Assembly (NCBI GenBank): GCA_018302815.1
Contig: JAGVZE010000017.1
Coordinates: 1,783 to 33,782, forward strand
Reading direction: 5' to 3'
DNA: 32,000 nucleotides
DNA from: Candidatus Woesearchaeota archaeon
Lineage (GTDB): Archaea > Nanobdellota > Nanobdellia > Woesearchaeales > ARS49
Part shown: one piece after another, positions 16,149 through 24,871 of the stretch
Layout of the letters: every line of letters begins with the position of its first letter
How positions within the stretch are numbered: the first letter of the stretch is position 1
Notes under the pieces: generated by a model
What the model was told of the DNA's origin: nothing
The model's input: only the letters and a program-made list of their open reading frames with translations
Databases searched by the model: none
Position numbers and translations under genes: made by a program

Positions 16149-17177
16149 ATGCTTTCAAAGCTCTCGCACACTTTGTGCGCACTTGTTCTATCCGGATGCG
16201 GAGCGTTAACTTACCACACACCACAAGACCCTATGTACCGCGGACCCACTCCGCTTGACCGTTCAATTGAGGAAAGATTCAGGTACAAAGACGACGATGG
16301 CATCGCGCCCATCACAACGTTAGTTCGAAGCGAGAACAGGCTGCTTTATACCCTTGAAACGAGTACGTTCTCTCATTATGATGAAGCTTCACAAAAAGAT
16401 AGGCAGGTCACGTTCGAACACTACAGAACACGCCTTCGCGAAAACGCGCCGCTTGTTCTTGTAGCGCCAATACTTGGCGGAAAATACGCGATAGAAAGAC
16501 CGCTATGCGAAACACTTGCCGAGAATGGAATCTCGGCTGTGTTAGTGCACAGGCCAAAACACATGCTAAGATTCGCAGAGTTTGATAATTTAGAAACTTT
16601 CCTGCGCTCAATAGTTTCAGATAGACGATGCGTGCTTGACGCGCTTGATTGCGAATACGACCAAATGGGAAGCATTGGAATCAGCATGGGCGCGATAACG
16701 AATGTGCCGCTGATAGCAGTTGAGCACAGACTGCAGTACAACATACTTGGAATGCCAGGGGCAAACATACCACTGATACTAATGACGTCAACCGAAGGAA
16801 GCTTGGAAGAATTCGTGGAAGAACACTCACGCGAACTATCCAAAAACGCGGATGAACTTTTAGAACACTTCAAAGAAGGATACGAATCAGACCCCGCGAA
16901 CCTTGCGCCATATATTGATGCCCGCAATACCAGAATGTTCCTTGCATTCTTCGATACAGTAGTTCCTTACGAACGCGGGCTTGAACTGCACGAAGCGCTA
17001 GGAAGGCCCGAACTCGACGTTTTGCCAACAGGCCATTATACCGCCGCGCTGTACTATTTTTGGATAAAAGATATGGCAGTAGAGTTCTTCCAAGAGCGAT
17101 TCGGCGTTGATTCTGATGCAGTAGAATCACGAAAAAACTCCATCCTTAGAAGACACGTCAGACGGCGGGTAAGCTGA
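16149..17177 (+). CDS. Alpha/beta-hydrolase fold lipoprotein
   Basis: Lipobox ALVLSGC and nucleophile elbow GISMG. ATG 16149 is preferred over the track start at 16125. Confidence 0.65.
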   Translation: MLSKLSHTLCALVLSGCGALTYHTPQDPMYRGPTPLDRSIEERFRYKDDDGIAPITTLVRSENRLLYTLETSTFSHYDEASQKDRQVTFEHYRTRLRENAPLVLVAPILGGKYAIERPLCETLAENGISAVLVHRPKHMLRFAEFDNLETFLRSIVSDRRCVLDALDCEYDQMGSIGISMGAITNVPLIAVEHRLQYNILGMPGANIPLILMTSTEGSLEEFVEEHSRELSKNADELLEHFKEGYESDPANLAPYIDARNTRMFLAFFDTVVPYERGLELHEALGRPELDVLPTGHYTAALYYFWIKDMAVEFFQERFGVDSDAVESRKNSILRRHVRRRVS

Positions 17178-17287
17178 TTGTTCTCTATAAATACCCCTTT
17201 TAAAAAGCAAAGCTTTATAAAGGGTCAATAGGCTTTCTCTATTGCTATTCTGATGTATATTTTCGAGAATAGGGAAGACACGAACAA

Positions 17288-18493
17288 ATGACATTTTCAG
17301 AACTGAAATTACCAGCAAATATAGAAAAAGCGCTCAAAGAGCTAGGATACAGCAATCCAACATCCATCCAGCAAAAAACCATTCCTTTACTGTTCCAAGG
17401 AAAAGACGTAATCGGACAATCACAAACAGGATCGGGAAAAACAGCAGCATTCGGCCTACCTATAGTTTCACACATGAAACCAGGACAAGGCATACAAGCG
17501 CTCATATTAACGCCAACAAGAGAACTATGCGTACAGGTAAGCGAAGCGATACGAGGCTTTGCAAAATACACATCACTCAAAATAATCCCCGTATTCGGAG
17601 GAGTAGGCATAGGCTCGCAGCTACACGCCATAAGAACAGCAGACGTAGTGGTCGCAACACCAGGACGACTGCTAGACATAATGCAAAGAGGAGTTAGATT
17701 ATCAACAGTCAAGTTTTTGGTTCTAGATGAAGCCGACAGAATGCTTGACATGGGATTCATCGATGACGTTGAAAGAATCATACAGTCAACACCGAAGCAA
17801 CGCCAGACAATCCTATTTAGCGCGACACTATCACCAAAATTGCGATCAATTGTCAATCGGCACATGAAAGAACCCGCAGTCATACAGACAAAAACACAAG
17901 TCGATACACACTTGCTCACCGAAAAATCATTCTTTGTGCCATCTGGCGATAAAGTATCCCTTCTTGTGCACTGCCTCAAGAAAGAAACGCCAGGAATCGC
18001 GATCATATTCTGCGGAACAAGACACGGATGCGACAAAATCGCACGACGCCTAAGAGCTGAGAAAATAGATGCGACACCAATACACGGCGGACTTGCGCAG
18101 ACAAAACGAATGCACGTCATAGAAATACTGCACAAACGAGGAGTCGGAGTCCTAGTCGCAACTGACGTTGCCTCACGAGGAATCCACGTCTCAAACGTCT
18201 CGCACGTCTACAACTACGACTTGCCGCAAACACACGATGATTACATCCACAGAATCGGCAGAACGGCGCGAGCAGGCGCATCAGGAGAAGCAATCACATT
18301 CGTATCGCGCGAAGAAGAACGCGATTACAAGCACATGATGCGAAACCTAGGACGAAACATAACTCCAACGCCCCTTCCGGCATTCGAAAAAATACCGATG
18401 CCACAAGGCGGACCTGGCGGACCTGAAAACAACCGCGACTTCTACCGCCATAAAAGACACAAACGCTTCTCAAGGCAACAGGGCGGCCGATAA
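17288..18493 (+). CDS. DEAD-box ATP-dependent RNA helicase
   Basis: Q motif region, GSGKTAAF, PTRELC, DEAD (VLDEADRML), SAT, HGG...Q, VATDVASRGIH, HRIGRTARAG. Basic C-terminal tail. Confidence 0.9.
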   Translation: MTFSELKLPANIEKALKELGYSNPTSIQQKTIPLLFQGKDVIGQSQTGSGKTAAFGLPIVSHMKPGQGIQALILTPTRELCVQVSEAIRGFAKYTSLKIIPVFGGVGIGSQLHAIRTADVVVATPGRLLDIMQRGVRLSTVKFLVLDEADRMLDMGFIDDVERIIQSTPKQRQTILFSATLSPKLRSIVNRHMKEPAVIQTKTQVDTHLLTEKSFFVPSGDKVSLLVHCLKKETPGIAIIFCGTRHGCDKIARRLRAEKIDATPIHGGLAQTKRMHVIEILHKRGVGVLVATDVASRGIHVSNVSHVYNYDLPQTHDDYIHRIGRTARAGASGEAITFVSREEERDYKHMMRNLGRNITPTPLPAFEKIPMPQGGPGGPENNRDFYRHKRHKRFSRQQGGR

Positions 18494-18502
18494 GCGTGCA
18501 CT

Positions 18503-19042
18503 ATGGCGACCATAAAAGTAAAAGGATATGAATTCCCAGCCGTCTTAATCAAGGACTCATTCGGAAGACGAGCAGTCCAATACAAGAACGCCATAATACA
18601 ATCACTAAAGAAAATAGGAATCCTCGAACGCCATACCGACATAGTAATCGAGAACGCGCCGTTCAAGAAAATCGCGGCATCAGCCACATGGTACCACGAC
18701 GGCCACAGAATGTTCTACCAATATGACGGCGCCAACAATTACGCTGAAAACATGTACATTGTTTCTAAAGTAATAGAGTTCGAAGTCAACCAAGTCGCGC
18801 ACGGAACCAAACACATGCAAGACTTCATCAACGCATTCGCAGAAGAAGACGACGTAGATGAACAAAGAAAAGCAGCGCGAGAACTGCTTGGCGTCGACCA
18901 CGACACTAAAGATATGGATTTGATAAACAAGAAATACAAAGACCTTGCAAGAGCGCACCACCCTGACACTCCAACAGGCGATGCTGAAAAATTCAAAGCC
19001 GTCAACAAAGCGCACAAAATTCTCAAACGAGAGCTCGAGTAG
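18503..19042 (+). CDS. J-domain protein with unrecognised N-terminal domain
   Basis: C-terminal J domain KKYKDLARAHHPDTPTGDAEKFKAVNKAHKIL with the HPD tripeptide. Confidence 0.75.
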   Translation: MATIKVKGYEFPAVLIKDSFGRRAVQYKNAIIQSLKKIGILERHTDIVIENAPFKKIAASATWYHDGHRMFYQYDGANNYAENMYIVSKVIEFEVNQVAHGTKHMQDFINAFAEEDDVDEQRKAARELLGVDHDTKDMDLINKKYKDLARAHHPDTPTGDAEKFKAVNKAHKILKRELE

Positions 19043-19051
19043 AGGCCCATA

Positions 19052-19924
19052 ATGGAGCTTCACTTAGCGCCCCTTGAAAACGTAAGCTGCTGGGCATTCC
19101 GTAAAGTTTGCGCTGGGGCTACTGACACTTATACAGGAATGCTTTCTTTGAATAATTTGATTAAACGCAACAATACCTGGAAAGAAGTAGATACGTATCC
19201 GATAGCCGGGCAAAGACAATGGATACAAATAGCGACCTCCAAAGAAACAGAATGCGCTGAATTTTTGCGCAAGCTCGATGAGGAGCTCAAACGCTTTCCG
19301 GAAAAAGATAACGTGTACGGAATACAGCTCAACTGCAGCTGCCCATCACCGCAACTACTACGCATAGGACAAGGTCCAGCGCTAATAAAACGAGCAACAA
19401 AAGTCACAAATCTTGTTCGCGAGCTGCTAAAGCAGAACAAATGGAAAGTCTCAGTCAAAGTACGCCTTGGGTTGAATCTAATGGAAGTTCAACAGCGAAA
19501 GATACATACACTTCTTTCGTCCCTTGCCACTATAGATAATCCGAACTTCCACGGAGTTTCCATACATTTCAAACACGCACAGCAAAAATCAGCAGACCCA
19601 TACGATTATTCTTCGCTAAAAGAATTGCTGTCGTATAACGTGCCGATCATCATTAATGGCGGAATAAACAACGCGATTGATTACGTCAAAATAACGCGAG
19701 GAGTTGATGCTAAAAACATCCGCGGACTAATGGTCGGCAGAGCCGCGATAGAACACCCAGACGCAATCGCTGCAATCGCGCGTGAACTGTATGGCACTGC
19801 GTTCGAAGAACGTGAACTAACCGAGATACGAAGACAATTCTACGAAAACTGCTCTTTGCACGCGCCACAACCCGCGTACCTTGAGAAAATAAAAAAGTAC
19901 TGTAAATGGGCGCAAGAGCTTTAG
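19052..19924 (+). CDS. tRNA-dihydrouridine synthase-like TIM-barrel flavoprotein
   Basis: LAPLENVSCWAFRKV, IQLNCSCPSP...GQGPALI, SVKVRLG, VSIHFKH, PIIINGGI, LMVGRAAIEHP follow the order of Dus family motifs. Confidence 0.65.
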   Translation: MELHLAPLENVSCWAFRKVCAGATDTYTGMLSLNNLIKRNNTWKEVDTYPIAGQRQWIQIATSKETECAEFLRKLDEELKRFPEKDNVYGIQLNCSCPSPQLLRIGQGPALIKRATKVTNLVRELLKQNKWKVSVKVRLGLNLMEVQQRKIHTLLSSLATIDNPNFHGVSIHFKHAQQKSADPYDYSSLKELLSYNVPIIINGGINNAIDYVKITRGVDAKNIRGLMVGRAAIEHPDAIAAIARELYGTAFEERELTEIRRQFYENCSLHAPQPAYLEKIKKYCKWAQEL

Positions 19925-19972
19925 ATATAAAAGAAAATCACATGCAATTAGATAAGTACAGTGGAAAAAGTA

Positions 19973-22261
19973 TCAGCAACTTATCGTTGCCGGATTGATG
20001 ACGCATTCTGTCTTGCTCAGGTCACAATATAGTTTTCCATTACAAGAAACGCCATCTTCATACGCCGCGCAGTCTGAATTATTCTTACACTGGCATTTGT
20101 GGCCGATTGCTGTTTTATTATACTGCCAGTTTTGCACGCATTCGCTCTGCGAACACGCAGCAGACATACACGGGTGCACTTGAGTACAGGACGCATTTTG
20201 ATTGATAAACTGCATACTGCACTTTCCTGTTGCCTGATTACAGGTGTTTTTTTGGCACTCATTATCATCAACACTCGGGCAATAAACAAGCGTGGCAGGA
20301 TTGTTCACGCATTGATTTGTTTGTTTATTACAGTAGGGAACTCCATTACACACATTGCCATCATCTTTACAATCGCTATTTTCCTTGCACTCACATTTTT
20401 TGCTTTCTGAGACTTTCTTGTAGTCCCAAGCGGTCACGCACTTGCCTTTCTGGCAGGCCGAATCCAAGCAAAAGTGTTCGAAAGAACAGGCTCCATTCTC
20501 GTTCACGTCTTTCATGCCGCACAAACCTGTTTTAGGATCGCACGTGTTTTTCTGGCACGCAGTGTCAAAAACAGTTTGACACGTAATCGTTGTCGCAGGG
20601 TTAAGCACGCACTTTCCAGTCTGCTTGTTGCAATACGAGACTCCATTACACAAGTCGCCATCGTCCTTGCAGTCGGCATCCTTCTCGCAATCACATTTAT
20701 AATTCCAGTCCAGAACGCATTGGCCTTTTTTACACGTTGAATTATAACAACCCCACTCACCGCAGCTTTCATCCTCTTTAACAGGCACCATCTTGCACTT
20801 TCCAGACTTCGGATCGCACGTGTTTTGAACACACGCAGCGTCGTCAACAGACGGGCACGTGATGATTGTCGCAGGATTAAGCATGCACTGATTGGTCGCC
20901 TTATTGCAGAAAAAGATTCCATTGCAAACGTTACCATCATCCGGACATTCAGAATCACTCTGACACTCGCAAGGCAATCCTTTAGATGTCTTCTTTGACT
21001 TATCAAAAACGCTTGAGCAAGCGCCTTGCGCAGTACAAGTTCCTGTCCAGCAAGGATGACCAGTCGCACACGAACTTCCAACAAGACTGTTTTTTTGGCA
21101 CGAGCCATTAGTTTTATCACAGCCAATTTTGACACACTCGTTATAATTCTTCGGGCAAGCAACGATAGTAGCAGGGTTTATCAGGCATTGGCCGCTCGCG
21201 AAATCACAATACAATTTGCCATTGCAATGATCGCCATCCTCAAATTCGCCACAATCCTTATCATCAACGCACTTGCAGGTCTGGCCGTTTTGCAGTTTTT
21301 TGCCAAGCACCCACTTGCTCTCGCAGGACCCCGCCTCACACTCCCACTCCACACACGGGTACGAGTCAAACTGCGCCGGACACGCGGTCTTGTCAGGAAG
21401 ATTATGCAATCCACACTTGCCTGTTGAAGGCTCGCACGCATATTTAGCGCACACATCCGCTTTTCCGCAGTCCAATTCAACGCCCGATTCCACACACACG
21501 CCAAAAACGCTTGAACCCATCACGCACGAAATTTCTTTGCAATGATTGACCGCAGGATTGTTAAGACAATCATTGACAGTCATGCACCCATACGAATGCT
21601 CAACTTTCGGAATAATCGCAAAAAACACCCACCAAGGAAGTTTTTCATTCAAAACCTCAAGACTGCCCGGCCTCATAGTTTTCGTTATCTGAACTGTTGT
21701 TGGAAAAATGCCAAATAATTTCGCAGGGCGAGAAACGGTGACACTAACCACGCCACCCTCTTCTTTGACAGAGACAGCTTTCTCATCTGATGCTACAGTC
21801 ACTGTTTTTTTCGGATCCAGAACAATTTGGTTTTCATCTATGATGGGTCTTCCAATCGATGGCGTGAACGGCGCTCTGATCTGAGGAACAATCGCTGATG
21901 GCAAAACGCTAACTGACGGCGTTATGACCTTGGGAATAGCAACCGGCGGCGGAACACTAACCTGCCTTGAAACCCTTTGCGCTGGCACAGTTCTTGGCAA
22001 GCTTACAGGCGCAGCCTCTGGCTGTTCACGCGAAACAGTCTCGTGCACAGGAACAGTTTCTTCCTGCTCTCTTGAAGGCGTTACGCACCCGCCATCACAG
22101 CCCAATTCACAAAGTTCACGAGTGTAATCACAAACACTCGTTCGCTCGTTCAAAGCTCCAGTGTAATAAACGTCGCCCTGACAATAACTCGCGCAAGGCT
22201 CGCGCGCGTACACTGATAACGCAAAAAATATGACAAGAGCAAAAACCGCACCTTTTTTCAC
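19973..22261 (-). CDS. Secreted modular Cys-rich repeat protein (about 760 aa)
   Basis: GTG 22261 is preceded by GGAGG, giving the signal peptide (M)KKGAVFALVIFFALSVYA. ATG 22279 is an alternative. A Pro/Val-rich linker is followed by 4.5 tandem modules of about 95 aa with the pattern C-x-C-x3-[SD]-x-C-x-DDG-x2-CNG-x3-C-[ND]-x5-C-x2-NPAT-x3-C. Confidence 0.8.
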   Translation of the reverse strand: MKKGAVFALVIFFALSVYAREPCASYCQGDVYYTGALNERTSVCDYTRELCELGCDGGCVTPSREQEETVPVHETVSREQPEAAPVSLPRTVPAQRVSRQVSVPPPVAIPKVITPSVSVLPSAIVPQIRAPFTPSIGRPIIDENQIVLDPKKTVTVASDEKAVSVKEEGGVVSVTVSRPAKLFGIFPTTVQITKTMRPGSLEVLNEKLPWWVFFAIIPKVEHSYGCMTVNDCLNNPAVNHCKEISCVMGSSVFGVCVESGVELDCGKADVCAKYACEPSTGKCGLHNLPDKTACPAQFDSYPCVEWECEAGSCESKWVLGKKLQNGQTCKCVDDKDCGEFEDGDHCNGKLYCDFASGQCLINPATIVACPKNYNECVKIGCDKTNGSCQKNSLVGSSCATGHPCWTGTCTAQGACSSVFDKSKKTSKGLPCECQSDSECPDDGNVCNGIFFCNKATNQCMLNPATIITCPSVDDAACVQNTCDPKSGKCKMVPVKEDESCGEWGCYNSTCKKGQCVLDWNYKCDCEKDADCKDDGDLCNGVSYCNKQTGKCVLNPATTITCQTVFDTACQKNTCDPKTGLCGMKDVNENGACSFEHFCLDSACQKGKCVTAWDYKKVSESKKCECKENSDCKDDGNVCNGVPYCNKQTNQCVNNPATLVYCPSVDDNECQKNTCNQATGKCSMQFINQNASCTQVHPCMSAACSQSECVQNWQYNKTAIGHKCQCKNNSDCAAYEDGVSCNGKLYCDLSKTECVINPATISC

Positions 22262-22339
22262 CAAAAAACCTCCACACATCAATAAATGGCAAACGGGTAT
22301 TAAAAATGTTCGAAAACACAAAACGCCCTTTTTTTGAAA

Positions 22340-22495
22340 ACGGCACGAATGGAGGACGGCGGGACGGGAGGACGGCACGTACGAAGAACGGCAAGACGAC
22401 TTGTCGGTGGACGGATGGACGGCAAGTATGGAGGACGGCTGACGGTAGGAAGGAGGACGGCGGGTACGGAAGACGGCAGAGGCTAAGACGGGGAT
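22340..22495. repeat. Degenerate 8-nt periodic GGACGG(C) tract (C-rich on the gene-sense strand)
   Basis: 13 ACGG cores at 22340, 22356, 22364, 22372, 22388, 22411, 22419, 22435, 22442, 22457, 22466, 22473 and 22488. Spacings cluster on 7-9 nt and 15-16 nt, except one gap of 23 nt. GGAGGACGGC occurs four times. Confidence 0.7.
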
Positions 22496-22543
22496 GGTCA
22501 CTTTGGAAACCCCTTGGTTTCCAAGGAAACCATGCGCGTATAC

Positions 22544-22876
22544 CTAAGACTTTAATAACGCCTTCTTCGCGAACTCCCTATTCGCCTCGTCCTTCACCAG
22601 ATCCAACATCTTCTTGTGGTAGGCGTTCCTGCGCGCTATCAGCTCTTCGCTCGGAGCGTGATTCGTCACGCTCCTGAACTCCTCAGCGCTCTTCCTGCCA
22701 ACAATAAACGACTTCTCAAGCTCAGATAACAACTTATCCTTGGCCGTCTTCACCAGTTCCGTCACATTGTAGCGAACCCACTCGCTCTTAGATATTTGCG
22801 TTGCACGCGATATGAAGTCTAAATCTTTGATAAGCGACATAGATAATCTGATGTTAAACTGCTCAGTCTCGTCCAT
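22544..22876 (-). CDS. Ribbon-helix-helix (CopG/MetJ-like) DNA-binding protein
   Basis: N-terminal FNIRLSMSLIKDLDFISRATQISKSEWVRYNV fits the beta-alpha-alpha RHH pattern. ATG 22876 is preferred over TTG 22897. Confidence 0.55.
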   Translation of the reverse strand: MDETEQFNIRLSMSLIKDLDFISRATQISKSEWVRYNVTELVKTAKDKLLSELEKSFIVGRKSAEEFRSVTNHAPSEELIARRNAYHKKMLDLVKDEANREFAKKALLKS

Positions 22877-22991
22877 GATGATAGCAAATGATAGCAATTA
22901 ATATTTAATGATTGTGTTGCTTCAGAAGGACGTTCTTTTAGGAATAATCCTGTCAAAACACTATATATAGTCTCATTTCGCTCATTCTCTT

Positions 22992-23162
22992 ATGGCAGAT
23001 GCCATCATATTCAACCAGAGAAAGAACATCAACGGCAAATACTACTACCTGGCACGTTTCGGCTGGTGCTTTCACAACGAAGGATACGTCGTGCCGGAAT
23101 CGTGGATTGAGCAACAATCCATCACATTCAAGGGAAAACGCCCAGTATCAGTCTCTTTCTGA
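22992..23162 (+). CDS. Mini-ORF (56 aa), hypothetical
   Basis: MADAIIFNQRKNINGKYYYLARFGWCFHNEGYVVPESWIEQQSITFKGKRPVSVSF. ACTATATATAG at about 22961-22971 lies about 25 nt upstream of the ATG. Composition is more protein-like than the overlapping 65-aa track ORF. Confidence 0.35.
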   Translation: MADAIIFNQRKNINGKYYYLARFGWCFHNEGYVVPESWIEQQSITFKGKRPVSVSF

Positions 23163-23180
23163 ACGAATATATCCATCGTC

Positions 23181-23387
23181 ATGGAGCATAAAATGAAAAA
23201 ATCAACGAAAAAACAAGAACTAAAAGTTGAAGCCGAAAAAGCAAAATTGATTCGAAGTTTAGTCAAAGCATACAGACAAGACTTAAGAGAGGAAATCCAA
23301 CGCATTAAAAAAACGAGCTTAAGAAAATTAAAAAAGGAAGACCATGACCAGTGGGTCAGAGACTTCATGGATATGACTGATTATTGA
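23181..23387 (+). CDS. Small basic coiled-coil protein (68 aa), hypothetical
   Basis: Lys/Glu-rich helical sequence, 19 nt downstream of the mini-ORF. Confidence 0.4.
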   Translation: MEHKMKKSTKKQELKVEAEKAKLIRSLVKAYRQDLREEIQRIKKTSLRKLKKEDHDQWVRDFMDMTDY

Positions 23388-23399
23388 ATAGTTGCCATA

Positions 23400-24869
23400 C
23401 TACTTGGCAATCTTTTGAAGCGCCTCAAGAATCTCAACCATCCCTTCAGTATCCCGCCCGCAATACTTTAACAGGTCTTCTCTTGCCTTTTTCACGTCCT
23501 TAGTGTTTAGTGTGTTGTTTAGGAGTGCGATAAACGCACGGGTGGCCGCTCCGCCTTCTGCGATGCCGAGTCCTTCGTAACCTTTTCCCGTCATTGAGGG
23601 CAGGACTTCTTTGATGGAGTAGCTTCCGTGTTGGTTGGGGTGGTAGTACCAGAACTCTCTGAATGGCGTTGCGAGATCATCCATTCGGTCAATTATTTGA
23701 GTTATCCATTTAGCGTCTTTTGGGAACGCTTCTGCCAAATCGTGCAGGACGCGTTTCTCAAAACTGGCGTTGAACGCCAAAACGCTCCCCTCCTTTGGCA
23801 ATTGTTTCAAACCCTCAAGAAACTCCTTGCGCGGGTCACCTTTGCCATCCGCAAGCACTTCAATATGCTTAACCTTGCCATTCTCTATAACGTGCGCTGA
23901 GAACTGGAACGGCACTTGCTGATACGGCCAAGTTCCAATAAAGAGAGGGACACCAGGATTTATCGTTTCAAAGTCAAGGCACGTGAGCGGTTCCTTGAAC
24001 GCCTTGAGAAAGTTCTTTATCGCTTTGACTTCAATGTGCGGCTTGCCCTTCTCAACCGCATCAATTTGAATTTGCTGCTTAGAACCCAATTTTACGTCAG
24101 ACGGAATGTTCTCAAAGGTGGTAATTCCTTGGTTGATGAGCGGCCAAGCTTTCTTTCCAAAATAATACAGTTCGGCAAGTTCAATCCCTTCTAAATCAGG
24201 AGCGCATACTGGGCAGTCCTTAGGCTCTTTGCACTCAGAACCGTACTTTGGCTTGGGACACTTGCCCTTAACGATTTCAAGCATACCTTCAATATTACCC
24301 TCAACTTCTTCTGACTTTGTAACTGCATCTTCAGTCACGTCGTGCTTTGCCAAAAACTCCTTAAGCTCTAGCTTTCCATCAAAAACATACTCATTATTGA
24401 CAACCATCAAATAGACCTTATGCAGTTTAACCCCTGCGCCAGTTAAGCAATAATACTGGAAGCCAACATCCTCCAAGTGCTCATCCTTGACTTCTGTTGA
24501 ACTCTTGACTTCAATAAGCACCCACTCATCCTTACCGTGAGGAATCAACAGGTCAGCCTTGCAATACGCATGCTTATACGCGAACGTGGCCTCAAAAAGC
24601 GGCTTACGCTCCCTCAAAAGCTCCTGAGTCGTCTTTACCGATGAACCGTCACGTTTCACTTCAAAACCATCCGGATAAAGCTGCTTGGCTAAAGCTCCAA
24701 CCTCATGACCCGCATCAAACCTTGCCTGCGTAGCAGCATCAACAGGCGGAATCCTCTCAGGAGCGTTAATTTTAAGCCAAAGAAGCTTAGGACAGGAAAG
24801 ACCGGAGGTGTAGTTGGATTTGGAGAGGGTACTTTTGCTGTTCATATGGCGTCTCAAAATATAATTCAA
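23400..24869 (-). CDS. Cas4-like PD-(D/E)XK/4Fe-4S nuclease fused to a DEDD-type exonuclease-like domain (DUF2779-type architecture)
   Basis: N-terminus: SCPKLLWL, D...IEVK, QYY, and the Cys cluster C-x9-C-x5-C-x2-C. C-terminus: LDFET (DxE), FNASFEKRVL, YCGRDTEGM. The family name is from memory of Pfam DUF2779. Confidence 0.75.
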   Translation of the reverse strand: MNYILRRHMNSKSTLSKSNYTSGLSCPKLLWLKINAPERIPPVDAATQARFDAGHEVGALAKQLYPDGFEVKRDGSSVKTTQELLRERKPLFEATFAYKHAYCKADLLIPHGKDEWVLIEVKSSTEVKDEHLEDVGFQYYCLTGAGVKLHKVYLMVVNNEYVFDGKLELKEFLAKHDVTEDAVTKSEEVEGNIEGMLEIVKGKCPKPKYGSECKEPKDCPVCAPDLEGIELAELYYFGKKAWPLINQGITTFENIPSDVKLGSKQQIQIDAVEKGKPHIEVKAIKNFLKAFKEPLTCLDFETINPGVPLFIGTWPYQQVPFQFSAHVIENGKVKHIEVLADGKGDPRKEFLEGLKQLPKEGSVLAFNASFEKRVLHDLAEAFPKDAKWITQIIDRMDDLATPFREFWYYHPNQHGSYSIKEVLPSMTGKGYEGLGIAEGGAATRAFIALLNNTLNTKDVKKAREDLLKYCGRDTEGMVEILEALQKIAK

Positions 24870-24871
24870 AT

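Noticed and set aside
17245-18135. 296-aa minus-strand ORF
   Set aside because: It is entirely antisense to the motif-rich DEAD-box helicase. It is Cys/Ser-rich with no motifs, a typical shadow ORF.
20017-21545. Multiple 60-216-aa ORFs in other frames or on the other strand within the Cys-rich gene
   Set aside because: These are shadow frames of a repetitive gene. Only the 19973-22261 frame shows a signal peptide and periodic Cys modules.
22340-22495. G-quadruplex as an explanation for the G-rich tract
   Set aside because: Runs of three or more G occur only at about 22361, 22366, 22462 and 22490, too far apart for a canonical three-tetrad G4. Most runs are GG only.
22306-22677. 123-aa plus-strand ORF (GRRDGRTAR...)
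   Set aside because: It is a low-complexity translation of the 8-nt periodic G-rich tract. The period is not a multiple of 3, and the ORF then lies antisense to the RHH gene.
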